Of a stretch of 64,000 nt of DNA, positions 1-12,457 are shown in pieces. The notes beneath the pieces were generated by a model. The model did no database searches, was not told the DNA's origin, and worked only from the letters and a program-made list of their open reading frames with translations. A program made the position numbers and the translations under genes. How positions within the stretch are numbered: the first letter of the stretch is position 1; each line of letters begins with the position of its first letter. The DNA comes from Yuukianura sp. NJ FZ-2021 (Eukaryota), in the NCBI GenBank assembly GCA_046563655.1, contig CM102284.1, forward strand, positions 8,742,001 to 8,806,000, written 5' to 3'.

Positions 1-183
1 GTGTTAGTCTTTTGTGTTTCTACTGATATCGCGATGACCTTTGAGAGGTCAACAAGAGATTAGATCAAACAGAACGTAAAAGGCGTCATGTCATAGGTTT
101 TGTCCAAATTCATTCAACTTTTCCAAATTGCACCAACTTCAAAAAAAAAGTGTCTAAATTTGTAGGCTCAACGTTTTCAAGTT

Positions 184-3100
184 ATGGCGTTATTGAAGAC
201 TTTGGTTTTTCTGGGAAGCATTTTCGTCATAGTGACAGGATGCACTGCGTCCAATCCAGAATGGGCGTGGACATGCGTGTTGGACACAATTGACGGTCCG
301 TCATGCGTCAGACAAGTTTACAACAGTTCGGACCAAGTGACCAAACGGGTATCGCCCGGGGCGTGTTTTCTGACATGCGGACCGCATGGAGCACTTTGGC
401 CATACCCAAGTGGACCGGTAAATTTTGAATTTTCTAACCAAAAATTTTGAAGAAATTTGTGAAATTTTGTGGTTTTTAGACCCACATAGGCTCTACTCTT
501 CTGTCGACCCACCCTGACATGGTGACCTTGGCCTCTGTTGATGCGCCTACTCCAGAAGTCCAAGTCTTACTCCAAGAGGCGATGACCTTGACCCAAGGTC
601 ACATTTGGAAAATCTACGAACTAGGATTGGAGGAGACCTCGCCCAATCAAGTTCCACTTAAATACATGAATGCTACGGCGGTACAAGTCCATCTGAAGGT
701 CACAAGCACCGAAACCAAAATCAGAATTGGAACTAACGAGGCCTACACGCTCCAAATTTCATCAGCGGTAAACAAAAAATTGAAAGTTTCAATTTAAAAA
801 AAAAAAATTGTAAGTTCAAAATTTTGTACAGAATGGTATTGTTTCGGTTCATATCGAAGGAACAACGTTTTTCGGCGTTCGCCATGGACTGGAAACCTTG
901 ACGCAGTTGATGGCCTTCAATGAATTCAGTGGCCTTTTGGAGGTAGGAGGTCAAAGGTCAACTTTTTTCAAAATACTTTTTCTAAAAATTTTTGGTTTCG
1001 TTTTGAGATTGTTTCGGAGTGTAGTATCGTGGACAGTCCGAAGTTCATGTACCGCGGTGTTTTAATCGATACTGGACGAAACTTCATTCCGATTCCAGCT
1101 TTGAAGAGAATGGTTGACGCCATGGCGTACAACAAACTGAACATGATGCACTGGCATCTCTCAGACAGCAATTCCTTTCCATTTGAATCCAAACGAGTTC
1201 CACTTGTCACGGCTTATGGCACGTACAGCCCCAAAAAAGTGTACACTGCTGCTCAAGTATCAGAGTTCATCCAGTATGCCAATCTGAGGGGGGTCAAGGT
1301 CATTCCGGAACTGGATGCTCCTTCACATGCCGGTAAGTTGAGGAAAGTAAAAAAAAAAGGTCAACACAGAAAGTCGAAAAAGTCACAACAACAAAAAAAA
1401 GTCAAAGCAAGAGGTAACAGAGAGTCAAAAAAGCCAAAACGTTAAAAAAATTTAAAAAATAAGCCAAAACGGTAGAGAAAAGTCAATAAAAAAAAGTCAC
1501 AACGGTAAAAAAAAAAGTCAAAACAATAACAGAAAGTCGAAACGGTAGTCAAAAAAGTCAACAAGGTAAATGAAAGTCAAACAAGTGAAACAGGTAAATG
1601 AAGGTAAAAAAAGAGTCGCAACAACGTTTAAAAAAGTCAAAGCAACAGAAAGTCAAAACGGTAGTCAAAAAGGTAAATGAACAGGGTTCGGAGGCTGTAA
1701 CTTACGTCCTGTAACTTACGTACGTAAGTTACGTAATTTTCAGAGGGGTTGTAATTTTCGTAATTTTCATTCTTTTGAATTTTACGTGGGAGGGAGACAG
1801 CGTAGGAGTCAGGGGAGCGAAGTCCAAAATAACAAAAGAGCAGTGATTTAGATGATTATTTTTCGGTTTTTTCTCGAGCAGTCTGCTCGAGAAATACCAG
1901 GATATTCTTCGAGCAGTCTGCTCGAGAAATACCAGGATATTCTTCGAGCAGTCTGCTCGAGAAATACCAGGATATTCTTCGAGCAGACTGCTCGAGAAAT
2001 ACCAGGATATTCTTCGAGCAGTCTGCTCGAGAAATACCAGGATAATTCTCGAGCAGTCTGCTCGAGAAATACCAGGATATTCTTCGTAGCTTTTCTTTCT
2101 GTTGTTTTAACTGGCTGCTTTTGAAATGCCACGAGTCAGGGATCCGATTTGGAACGATTTTGACCTTGAACCAAACCCGGGCAGTAAGGGCAGTAAGTAA
2201 GAAGGGCAAATTGTAAGTTGTGTGATTGGAGACATGCAGGAATCCCGGACAGGATGAAATCACACTTACAGAAACAGCAAAACGTTGGCAAAGACTCCGA
2301 ATCAATTGGGCCAAGTACGTCGTGTTCACTTTAATATTTTCAGAGTCTAACTGTTGAGAGCGAGCGAGCGAGCCTGAGGAAGATTTAGATGTGATGGCAG
2401 TGGAATAATTAGTGTTATGTTTCTCGAACTATTTGTGTTAATTGCGTTAAGTGTGTTAGTTTGGTCTTAAAAATAAAATAGTAGTAAATATTGTCTACCG
2501 CAGTATATTTCTATCAGGCCTTGGTTTGATTTTTAACGCAATTAGATATAGTAGATATTAATAGTTTATGGTTTGGGGATGGGAGTGGGGTGCAGGCGGC
2601 TTGTTTTGAAAATTACAATCTTACGTAGATTACGTAAGTTACGATAATTACGTAAGTTACGTAGTTTTCGGCAAAAATACCGTAATTTTCGAACCCTGTA
2701 AATGAAGGTCAAAAAAAGTCGGCAAACGAAAGTCAAAAAAGGCAAAGAAATGCAGCGAGTCGAAACATCAAAAACGTCAAACGTCAAACCGTCAAATTTG
2801 ACGCCTGTTGAACTCTACTTTAGGTAACGGATGGAACTGGGGGCCTTTGGAGGGACTTGGTGACCTTGCACTTTGTGTCAACGCTGAACCCTACAGGGAC
2901 TACTGCATCCAACCACCTTGCGGTCAACTGAATCCACTCAATTCAAATACTTATGATGTGCTGGGTAAGTCGAAGGTCAAAAGGTCACTGCTGGGTCAAA
3001 GGTCAAAGGTCATTTTTATTTTAGGAAGTCTTTATGCTGATTTGTTGGACGTTTTTGACCGAGACGTTTTTCACATGGGGAATGACGAGATTTCGTTCAA

Positions 3101-4243
3101 GTGCTGGGAAAAGTCGGAGGAAATTAGGGAGTGGCTTGAGCAGCACAATACGACGGACATGATGGAACTTTGGGGCGTTTTTCAAAATGAGGGTTCGTTT
3201 TTTTTTGTTTTTTGAAAAAAAAAATGAGTTTTTTGAAATAATTTTCATTTTTCAAAATTTCCCGCTTTAGCCCTACTTAGACTGAAATCTGCCAACCAGG
3301 AAACCCCTGTTACTCCATTTGTGTGGACTTCCGATATGACGCTCAACGGTCGTCGCTTCCTGTCTCCAGAGGAATACGTTATTCAAATCTGGAGTGAAAG
3401 TAATGTCTGTTTTTTCAAAGTTTTTTGAAATTTTCGAATTTGTAATTTTTTTTAAAGTTTCGAATTTCGAAATTTCAACTAATGCAATGTATCTTCAGCT
3501 ACGGTCAATGACACATCCATGAGAGACATCCTGAACGAAAACTATCGTGTCATTTTTTCCAACAAGGATCACGTCTACCTTGACCACGGCTACGGTAAGA
3601 CCAATGACCTCTGACCTTTCAAAAAAATTCAAATTTTGAAAAATTTGAATTTACAAAATTTTGAATTTGGTTTACAAAACTTTGAAATTCAAAATTTCGT
3701 TGGTTGATTTGAAACAGGTCCCTGGAGAGACAACGGCTACCCGCCACACGACCCCGTCAAAATGACGTACTGGCAGGTAGGTAAATATCGACATCTACTA
3801 AAATTTCGAAACTCATAAAAAATTTGAACAAAATTTTGAAAACTTTGTTTTTTTGAAGAATTACTACGGTTATGACATCATGGCTTTAGTGACGAAGCTC
3901 GTCGGAGCCACGAAGGCCGAGGAACTCTTCAATGCCGGCAAAATCTTCGGGGGTGAGGCAGCCCTTTGGTCGGAGAAGGTAACCAGCAACCTAATTTCAA
4001 AAATTTCAAAATTTTGAACTTTTTTTGAAACTTTTTCAGGTTGATGAATATAACATGGAAATGAAAATGTGGCCACGAAGTGCTGCGTTTGCGGAACGTG
4101 TTTGGTCTAATCCAGGACCTGAACTTCCACGATTTGCGTATCCACGATTAATCAACCACCGACTACGCATGATCCAACGAGGAACGAGAGTTGACACGCT
4201 CCTTCCGGAATCATGTCACTATATCAACGGATTCTGTGACTAA
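184..4243 (+). CDS. Beta-N-acetylhexosaminidase, glycoside hydrolase family 20 (insect chitooligosaccharidolytic NAGase-like), about 11 exons
   Basis: Signal-peptide-like N-terminus; CFLTCG..LWPYP; FFGVRHGLETLTQL; YRGVLIDTGRNF; NKLNMMHWHLSDSNSFP; PELDAPSHAG; CIQPPCGQLNP; FHMGNDE (catalytic DE); GGEAALWSE; MWPRSAAFAERVWS. Exons read as 184-417, 480-767, 832-942, 1008-1332, 2824-2964, further small exons, and a last exon 4040-4243, with GT-AG introns. Confidence 0.95.
1340..1681. repeat. A-rich degenerate short-period repeat (AAAAAAGTCAA/AACGGT units) in hexosaminidase intron 4
   Basis: Recurrent aaaagtca, aaacggta and ggtaaatgaa words; the same pattern resumes at 2699-2795 after the hAT insertion. 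Confidence 0.6.
1871..2086. repeat. Six tandem 35-bp units, each with a (C/T)TCGAGCAG-T-CTGCTCGAG hairpin
   Basis: GAGCAG(T/A)CTG recurs at 1876, 1911, 1946, 1981, 2016 and 2051; the linker AAATACCAGGATATTC is essentially invariant. Confidence 0.95.
2126..2280 (+). pseudogene. Frameshifted BED zinc-finger N-terminus of a hAT transposase
   Basis: MPRVRDPIWNDF..PGSK then a stop; a shifted frame continues RANCKLCDWRHAGIPDRMKSHLQKQ (W..F, CxxC, H pattern of BED fingers). No DDE core follows. Confidence 0.65.
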
Positions 4244-4244
4244 A

Positions 4245-4258
4245 ATCACCATGGCAAC
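4245..4258. promoter_or_regulatory. RFX X-box-like element
   Basis: ATCACCATGGCAAC versus the consensus GTYNCCATGGCAAC, about 90 bp upstream of the ATG at 4349. Confidence 0.5.
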
Positions 4259-4348
4259 ATCAAATTTCAAAATTTCAAAATTTTATTTATTTCTAAAACT
4301 GTTTTACTCTGAACAAACAATAAACGAAACAATAATGTCCAGGCTACA

Positions 4349-5890
4349 ATGAGTCGTCCTCGTCACGTATTTACTACAACGTCGTCGTCAGCAGCGTCGA
4401 CTGTTCGTCGCAAAGGTCCCGGACCAAGGACCTACAAACCCACACCCGCCGGGAGTGACCCGCCCGTTGACCCGCCGCTTCAGAGCAAACCCTGGAACTA
4501 CCATAACAATAGTATGTCAACCCACGGCGGGGCTGGAGCCGCCGGAGCCACCGACAAATCAAAACCCGCCGGAGGCGGAGCCAAATCTGGACAAAAACCG
4601 CGCCGTAGACCGGAGTGGGATCCGAATTTTTGGAAAACCGAGACACAGTTGAAAGAGCAAGCAGCAGCAGCAGCATCACCGTCGAATTCGAAAGGACCGC
4701 CAAGCAGCGAAGTTTTGGCGGACATTTTTGAATCTTTTCCAAAATTACTGGACATTCCAGAAGTCATTCGGGAGGGCGTTCCACCTTCCTGGAGAGAAAA
4801 GAGCCCAGAAGACTTGCGTAGAAGTTCAAAAACGATTGTGCAGGATGAACCAGAGCTGGTTCGTCGAAGTTCAAAAACTACTGCGCAGTCGCCGGAACGA
4901 AACGATCCTAAAAGTGTAGATTCAACCAGCAGCAGTAGTGATACTTCCAAGCATCCAAATGAGCAGCAACAACAGCAACAGTGGAACAACTACCACAAAT
5001 GGTGGGAGACGCTTGTCCAAGAGGTTCCATCTTCGTCTGGAAAAGGTGACACTTTAGTTCCAGTGCCCAAGACGAAGCCGCCGCGGTCACGGTCACGGTC
5101 ACGGTCAAGGTCAAAGGTCAAGTCGACTGGACAAATTTCAGTTTCTCCAGCTCCAGTTGCAGAAGACACAAGCGATTCAGCGTTACCTCCAGACGCTGAC
5201 GAATTCATCGTAGGTTTAGCCGATGTGAGTGAATTAGTGGAGTTCCTTTTGTACAAATGTGCTGCCGAAGAGTGCTTGCCAATGCTGCCCGAAGTACTTC
5301 AAGACCTGGACAGTCAGTTCCGTACATTGGTGACCAAGTACTTGGACCAGAAGAGGGAACCCAGCGTAGGTAAAGGTCAAAGGTCAAGTGCGGGTCAAGG
5401 TCAAAGGTCAAGTCCACTTAAGGAAGGTCACAGGTCACCTCCAGTCAAGAATCCAATTGACCAGAAGCTTTTTCTCGAAGTTTCTGAGATGCACGAACAC
5501 TTGAAATCCAGAAACGAAGAAATTTTGAAAACGAACGACTCCTTGATGGCGGAAGTTGAAAATTTGAAATCCCAAGTTCAGATTTTGCAGGAAATGGTTG
5601 AGAAGCAGGAACTTGTGGAAGATGAACTGAGGTCAAAGGTCACGAGTCTCCAAAATCTAAACAGAGACAATGAAAACGTTAAGAACTCCCCTTTACAACA
5701 TGTAACGATTGACATGATTCAATTGAAAGCGGAGAATGAGGCTCTCAAATTACTAAATTCAAAACTACGCCATGAAACGGAGTTGAACGACAGTATTTTG
5801 GGCATACTGGAACTCAAATGTCTATGTCAAAACTACCATGGACAGGAACAGGGCACGGCGGAGGTCAAAGGTCAACAAAAGAAAAACTAA
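4349..5890 (+). CDS. Uncharacterised protein: disordered S/P/K-rich N-terminus and C-terminal coiled coil; possible small extra 3' exon near 5940-6018
   Basis: 513-aa ATG-initiated ORF, GC-richer than its flanks; heptad pattern over roughly the last 130 aa; KPRRRPEWD motif near the N-terminus. Confidence 0.7.
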   Translation: MSRPRHVFTTTSSSAASTVRRKGPGPRTYKPTPAGSDPPVDPPLQSKPWNYHNNSMSTHGGAGAAGATDKSKPAGGGAKSGQKPRRRPEWDPNFWKTETQLKEQAAAAASPSNSKGPPSSEVLADIFESFPKLLDIPEVIREGVPPSWREKSPEDLRRSSKTIVQDEPELVRRSSKTTAQSPERNDPKSVDSTSSSSDTSKHPNEQQQQQQWNNYHKWWETLVQEVPSSSGKGDTLVPVPKTKPPRSRSRSRSRSKVKSTGQISVSPAPVAEDTSDSALPPDADEFIVGLADVSELVEFLLYKCAAEECLPMLPEVLQDLDSQFRTLVTKYLDQKREPSVGKGQRSSAGQGQRSSPLKEGHRSPPVKNPIDQKLFLEVSEMHEHLKSRNEEILKTNDSLMAEVENLKSQVQILQEMVEKQELVEDELRSKVTSLQNLNRDNENVKNSPLQHVTIDMIQLKAENEALKLLNSKLRHETELNDSILGILELKCLCQNYHGQEQGTAEVKGQQKKN

Positions 5891-6232
5891 ATTTTCAAAA
5901 AATTTCAGAAAAAAAAATCGAAATTGAATTTGTTTGTAGGAAGAAGCAAGGTCAAAAGGTCAGTTGAGACAACCAACGTCACAGAAGACAAGGATTGAAA
6001 CTCAAGAAACGGACTGACATGTTTTTTTTAGTACAAACTTTGTGTAATCATTAAATTACTCCGATTTACGAGTTGATTAACGAGACAATTAAAAATTTAA
6101 AAACATAATACTTATGTTAAGGGCTACTTTTTAGCACTTAACTGTTCAGCTATTAAAAGCTTTCAAAAATTTACTTCCGCGTTAACTCCAAACTTTCGTA
6201 AAGTGAAACATAAAATGCGTTTTGTTTTGAAA

Positions 6233-7756
6233 ATGAAAACGCAGCAGGTCAAAGGTCAAACCTTTTCAGTAGTAATCTTGTTCCTCTGCAGTATTTTTTC
6301 ATATGTAAGGTCAGATGAGTACACTGAAGAAGAAATCAAAGGTAAACGTTTAAAAAACAGCAATTCGAGTTTAAAATGCAATGTAAATTGAAATATTTGA
6401 CCTTGACCTTTGACCTTTGCAGTACCCAAGTATGCCAAAGATTGGCGGAAAGCCTACAATCGTCCTACCGGTAGAATTGTAGGGGGCAAAGTGGCGACTG
6501 GATTTGAATTTTACTACATGGTCACACTTCAGTCCAAAAGTGACGGAAATGCTCACTTCTGCGGTGGATCCATTTACAACAACATGACCATCATCACTGC
6601 TGCTCACGTAAGGTCAAAGGTCAACCTAAAAAAATGTTGCCAGATTTAAAAAAATTTGATGAAATTTGAATTTCCAATTTTTTTTTTGAAACTGAACCTG
6701 TCCAGTGCTTTTTCCGTGACGGTGGCTCCAGCCGAAGTCCTTCTGTCGCAGCTTCTGACGTTTCGATTGTGGCTGGAGAACAGGATTTGCAAAAAGGGAC
6801 AAGCCAAGAGCAGCGACGCGATGTCGCTTCAATTACGCTGTTTCCCGATTACCGATTGTATCCCGGCTACAACGATGTCGCCATTCTCAAGTTGAAGGAA
6901 CCGCTTAACTTCAATATGTTCGTGTTTTCTATTCGAATTGCCGATCCGGGAGAGGAACCCACAGGTAAAGTTTCACGTTTCAAGTTTAGCGTTTCGTTTT
7001 CAAGCTTCATCGGTGACCTTTGACCTCTTGTAGGAATTGCAAGAGCGATAGGCTTTGGGTACACGATTGCCCACAACGAAAGTGGACATCAGTATCCCCA
7101 TGGATTTCCAACACAATTGCATCAAGTGGACCTCAAAATTGTAGACAAAGAGACTTGTATTAAAAAGCATGAAGGATGGGCTCCAGATCACGCAAAACAT
7201 CCACGGTAAACCGACAGTTTCAAATTTTACAGAATTCGGATTTTAAAAATTTAAAAATTTTTAAAAAAAAAAATGGGTTGTAGGATTATTTGTGCCGGAG
7301 GTCGAGCTGGACGGGACACATGTCAAGGGGATTCTGGAGGTACGACGAAAAATCTTCTAAAATTTCAAATTTTCAAATTTTTGGAAAAATTTTGAACCTT
7401 GACCTTTGACCTGCAGGGCCGCTAGTGTGCGTTGACAAGAACAATGAAGTGTACCTCTGTGGTATCGTCCAAGGCGGTTTCGGTTGTGGAATGGAGCTGC
7501 CCGGTAAGTCAATTGGAAATCAAATTCAACAAATCGTATTTCTTAGGAATTTCAAAATTCCAAAATTTTAAACACCAATTTCTAAAATTCAAAAATTTGA
7601 CTAGGATTTTACACAAAAGTAGAAGCAGTACGGAACTTTATAGTCCAAAATGGCGGCACGCAACGTAGAGAGTACTTGAGCATGGCCGAAAGGATTAACA
7701 TGAAAATTAACATGGGTTCGACTCTTCCTCGGAATCAACGGATAGACGACTACTAA
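6233..7756 (+). CDS. Trypsin-like S1 serine protease, 7 exons
   Basis: Hydrophobic leader, activation site R/IVGG, HFCGGSI, TAAH|C, NDVAILKL, DTCQGDSG|GPL (Asp at the S1 pocket), PGFYTKV; stop TAA at 7754-7756. The start could also be the ATG at 6215. Confidence 0.93.
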
Positions 7757-7853
7757 ACAGAACTAATTAAATGTTTATTAAAACTAACTTTAGGTTAAGT
7801 TAGGCCAATTTCAGCTTAAATTAACTTAGGGGTCAAGCACTGACCTTTGACCT

Positions 7854-9117
7854 CTATGACCATAGGAAGTTGTTGATAATTGGAGCAACTAGTTCGGGTG
7901 AATTCAAATGAAAGTGATGATTGCCCGGTACTAAATGGAATTCAACTTTTTCTTGGCAACTTCTCCTGAGATTGTCCACGACCTTGAGAAAATCTTCCTT
8001 CGGTTCATAGTCCACTCCTGGATCTCCTTTGATGATACAAACTTTACACTTGATAGCTGAACCAATTAGATCCGATTCTGCAGTAGGATACTTCCCCTTT
8101 GCTGTGATTACTGTGACACGAAGATCGTGACTGAAACTGTACTTTCCATCTGGACGTTGAATACAGCCACGTTTCAGTAACGTTCTACATCCGTCACGAC
8201 TAATCGTCTTTTCCCGCGCTAGATATGAGCGCTCAATGGCTTCTTCCAGTGTATAAGATGGTGGTGGCAACCGTGTAGCCAGTTTGGCCTCAACGTTGAA
8301 CACCTCTCTAGTAAGGTTTTGCACCGTTTTTATCGGGTCGTTTGAAAGAGGTCGTACATTGTCAAGGGCTATGTATCCATCGACGTATCTAAAACGAAAT
8401 TAAGCAAGAAAAGTTAATAAACTTAAGAAAAAGTTAATACTACAGCATACAAATGACGATTAGGACAAAAATATAAGGTTAGGTTACCCTAACCAAGTTG
8501 AAATACAAAGGTGAGTTTGTATACTCAGGAAAACAGCCAGCGTAGACGTAGGATACGACAGAGCCCATGGAGTGTCCAAGCAAAATGACCTTCTCGAATC
8601 CAAAATGGTGTATTACTCGATGTATACTTAATGCTGGAAAATGAATAAAAACGATTTTGCTGATTACAACAACGTTATTTCTAAAGAATAACTATACTTT
8701 ACATGAATCCACTGGATCATAGTGTGTACCACTTGTAAAGTGGGATGAACGACCGTGTCCAGGGAAGTCAATTGCGACTGCAGTCATGTTTGGCTTCATG
8801 ATTAAGGGTAATAGAGGATCAAATGAACCAGCATTGTCCAGCCATCCGTGGAGGCAAATTATAGGAGCAATTCGTTTCGTCATGGTAGAATCTGCGACTC
8901 CTTTCCATAGTTTACCTGTATAACAAAAACGAAATGTGGGTTGGATATGACCATGACACATCACATTTCACATTACGTTTGAATTTTACTCACCAGCAAT
9001 CCAGTTTCCATTACCGTAAGGAATCTGAAACTCGCTCACTTCATATCCAGTTATCGTAGAGTTCCATCGCTTAACTAATTGCAGTGTCAGATTTTTCAGT
9101 ACCGGGTTCCGGAACAT
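7854..9117 (-). CDS. Serine hydrolase-like alpha/beta hydrolase (SERHL/kraken family), copy 1, 4 coding exons
   Basis: CLHGWLDNAGSFD, IDFPGHGRSSH, GHSMG nucleophile elbow, VPGNHHFHL; GT-AG introns. Confidence 0.9.
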
Positions 9118-9485
9118 CGTCTTTCTATGCCAGACCCTGTGATAAAGCAAACAATCGACAAGACAAAATTAATCGATTAATAAATGTTAATTAGGAAAGG
9201 AAACTTACATGCTTTGCTTGCAGTTGCAGGCTGCAAATTTTTGATCCATACACAGGCAGTCAGCTGTGAAGAGACGCCTAATCAGCTGATCAAACCTCGC
9301 ATATATGATGGATGATGGGGTATTTGTGAAGCAGAATTATTGGCCTAAAAGGTCATAGTAGGTCAAACGTGGCCCCTTCAGTTTTAATTCCGTTAGTTTT
9401 AGAAAATTATATCAATGTTATCATCCTGAATACTTACACTTACACTTGTTAAGGTCATTTACAATCACTGACCCCAACATGAGTT

Positions 9486-10756
9486 TTATGACGAAAGGAA
9501 ATTGTTGATAATCGGAGCAACTAGTTCTGGAGTGTTGAGATGAAAGTGATGAGTTCCTGGGACTAAATGGAATTCAACTTTTTCTTGGCAACTTCTCCGG
9601 AGATTGTCGACGACCTTGAGAAACTCCTCCCTCGGTTCAAAGTCCATTCCTGGCTCTCCTTTGATGATACAAACTTTACATTTGATAGCTGCGCCATATT
9701 GATCCGATTCTTCAGTAGGATACTTTCCCATTCCTGTGAGTATTGTGACACGAAGGTCGTGACTGAAACTGTACTTTCCATCCGGACGTTGAACACTTCC
9801 TCGTTGCAGTAACGTTTTACATCCATCACGACTTATCGTGTGGTACCGAGCTTGATATGAGCGCTCAATGGCTTCTTCCAGTGTATAAGATGGTGGTGGC
9901 AAGCGTGTAGCCAGTTTCGCTTCAACGTTGAGCACTCCTGTCATTAGGTATTGCACGGCTTCTATCGGTTGGTGTGGTGGAGGCCGTACATTGTCAAGGG
10001 CTATGTATCCATCGACGTATCTAGAACAAAAGAAAGCATGAAAATCAAAACTTAACCACAAAAATGACTTGATATTAGGTTAGGTTTTACCCTAACCCAA
10101 GTCAAACTGCAAAGATTAGTTTGTATACTCAGGAAAACAGCCAGCGAAGACGTAGGACATGACAGAGCCAATGGAGTGTCCAAGCAAAATGACTTTTTCG
10201 AATCCAAAATGGCGTAGTACTCGATGTATACTTACTACTGCAAGGTTCATAAAAACGAATTACAAAAACGTTCAATACAATAATAATAACGTTCTTCAAA
10301 CGCCGCTACTTACTGTACACTTACTTGAATCCAGTGGATCATAATGTGTACAACTCGTAAAGTGTGACGAATGTCCGTGTCCAGGGAAGTCAATGGCCAC
10401 TGCAGTCATGTTTGGTTTCATGATTAAGGGTAATAGAGGATCAAATGAACCAGCATTGTCCAGCCATCCGTGGAGACAAAGTATAGGAGCAATTCGTTTC
10501 GTCTCCGTAGGATCTTCGACTCCTTTCCAAAGTTTACCTACAAACAAAAACGAAATTTAAGCATATATGGGTGTGACACGTCACAGTAATTGCTACGAAA
10601 GTAATTGAATTTTTACTTACCAGCAATCCAGTTTCCATTACCGTACGGTATCTGAAACTCGCTCACTTCATATCCAGCTATCATCGTAGAGTTCCAGCGT
10701 CGAGCTAATTGAATTGTCAAGCTTTTCATTACCGGGTTCCGGAGCATAGTCTTCAT
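9486..10756 (-). CDS. Serine hydrolase-like alpha/beta hydrolase (SERHL/kraken family), copy 2
   Basis: Same motifs (HGWLDNAGSF, GHSIG, PGTHHFHL) and same intron positions as copy 1. Confidence 0.9.
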
Positions 10757-11202
10757 ATGTCAATCACTTCCTAGTCACATAAGCAAACGATCAAAATCAA
10801 AGATAGAACCAATCACTTAGCGCCAATTACTTAACAGTTAATTGATTAAAGGTTAATTAGAAAACGAATACTTACCTGTTTTGTCTGCAAATTGAATTTA
10901 ATTGGAATATTTGCAAAACATATTACACTACACCCCAACCCCAACCCGACCATGCTAAAATCAGCTGTGAAGGACGCCTAATCAGCTGATTCAACCTCGC
11001 ATATGGTTCTGGGATTTGTGAAGCAGAATGATTGTTCTGAAAGGTCAGAGGTCAACCCTGACACCTTTCGTTTTAATTTCGTTAGTTTCAGTAAATTATG
11101 TCAAAGTCAGTAAGGTTAAACTATCCTACATAGCTGAATACTTCCGTGTCAAGTACAAGTTGAATTACAATTTGTAACGCCGACCTCAACACAAGTTAGA
11201 AG

Positions 11203-12457
11203 CTATGACCATAGAAAATTGTTAATAATTGGTGCAACTAGTTCGGGAGTGTTTAGATGAAAGTGATGAGTGCCCGGTACTAAATGAAATTCAACTTTTT
11301 CCTTGGAACTTTTCCGGATATTGTCCACGACCCTGAGAAATTCCTCCCTCGGTTCATAGTCCGTTCCTGGCTCTCCTTTGATTATACACACTTTGCATTT
11401 GATGTCTGACGCAATTATATATGACTGCTCAGCTGTAAATCGTCCAAGAGCTGTAGGTATTGTGACACGAAGGTCATGGCTGAAACTGTACTTTCCGTCT
11501 GGACGTTGAACACATCCTCGTTGCAGCAACGTTTTACATCCTTCACGACTTATACTTTTGTCCCGTCCGTGATATGACCGCTCAACGGCTTCTTCGTAAG
11601 TATAAGATGGTGGGGCTAAGTGCTTGGCCAATTTGGCTTCAACGTCGAATAGCTTCTTAGTGAGAACCCGCATCGTTTTTATCGGTTCCCTTGGAATCGG
11701 TCGTAAATTATCAAGGGCTATGTATCCATCGACATGTCTACAAAAGACAAAGTCAGTTAAATATCAAAATCAATTTCATAAGTTGTAAATTAAAGTAAGT
11801 TTTTCATACTCTGGAAAACAGCCTGTGTAAACGAATGATATGATGGACCCCATGGAGTGTCCTAGCAGAATTGCCTTGTCGAATCCAAAATGGCGGAGCA
11901 CCCGTTCTATACTTATTGCTGCAACATTCAAATGTAATTCAAATCAACTGTTATAATAGTTTTAGGGAGTCAGAGTTAATTTTGATTTGCAAAAGAAGGT
12001 TAAAAAAAGCTAAGTTTTCTTTACATACATGCGTCCAGCGGATCATAGTGTGTACAATTCGTGAAGTGGGATGAGAATCCGTGTCCAGGGAAGTCAATGG
12101 CCACTGCTGTCATGTTTGGCTTCATGATTAACGGTAATAGAGTGTCGAAGGAACAACAATTGTCCAGCCATCCATGGAGACAAATTATAGGAGCAATTCG
12201 TTTAGTCTGACTTGGATCGTCGGCTCCTTTCCAAAGTTTACCTAAATTGAATTGACATGAAACAAAATCCTCTTGAATGAAAATACAAATGTACAGGCAC
12301 ATAATTATTTATAATATTTAAACTCACCAGCAATGTAGTTTCCATCGCCATACGGTATCTGGAATTCGTTCACTTCGTATCCAGCCGAAGTAGAGTTCCA
12401 TCGTCGAACTAACTGGAGTGTCACGTTTCTAAGAACCGGATTCCGAAAAATGTTCAT
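11203..12457 (-). CDS. Serine hydrolase-like alpha/beta hydrolase (SERHL/kraken family), copy 3
   Basis: HGWLDNCCSF, GHSMG, PGTHHFHL; same exon layout as copies 1 and 2. Confidence 0.9.

Larger units (their letters stand above)
1682..2698 (+). mobile_element. Non-autonomous hAT-type DNA transposon (1017 bp) in hexosaminidase intron 4
   Basis: Termini CAGGGTTCG(G)A / TTCGAACCCTG; exact 8-bp TSD TAAATGAA at 1674-1681 and 2699-2706; subterminal TTACGTAA repeats at both ends; internal BED-finger remnant. Confidence 0.88.

Noticed and set aside
1871-2086. CRISPR-like array of palindromic repeats
   Set aside because: The sequence between hairpins is invariant (no unique spacers), there are no cas genes, and it lies inside a eukaryotic transposon.
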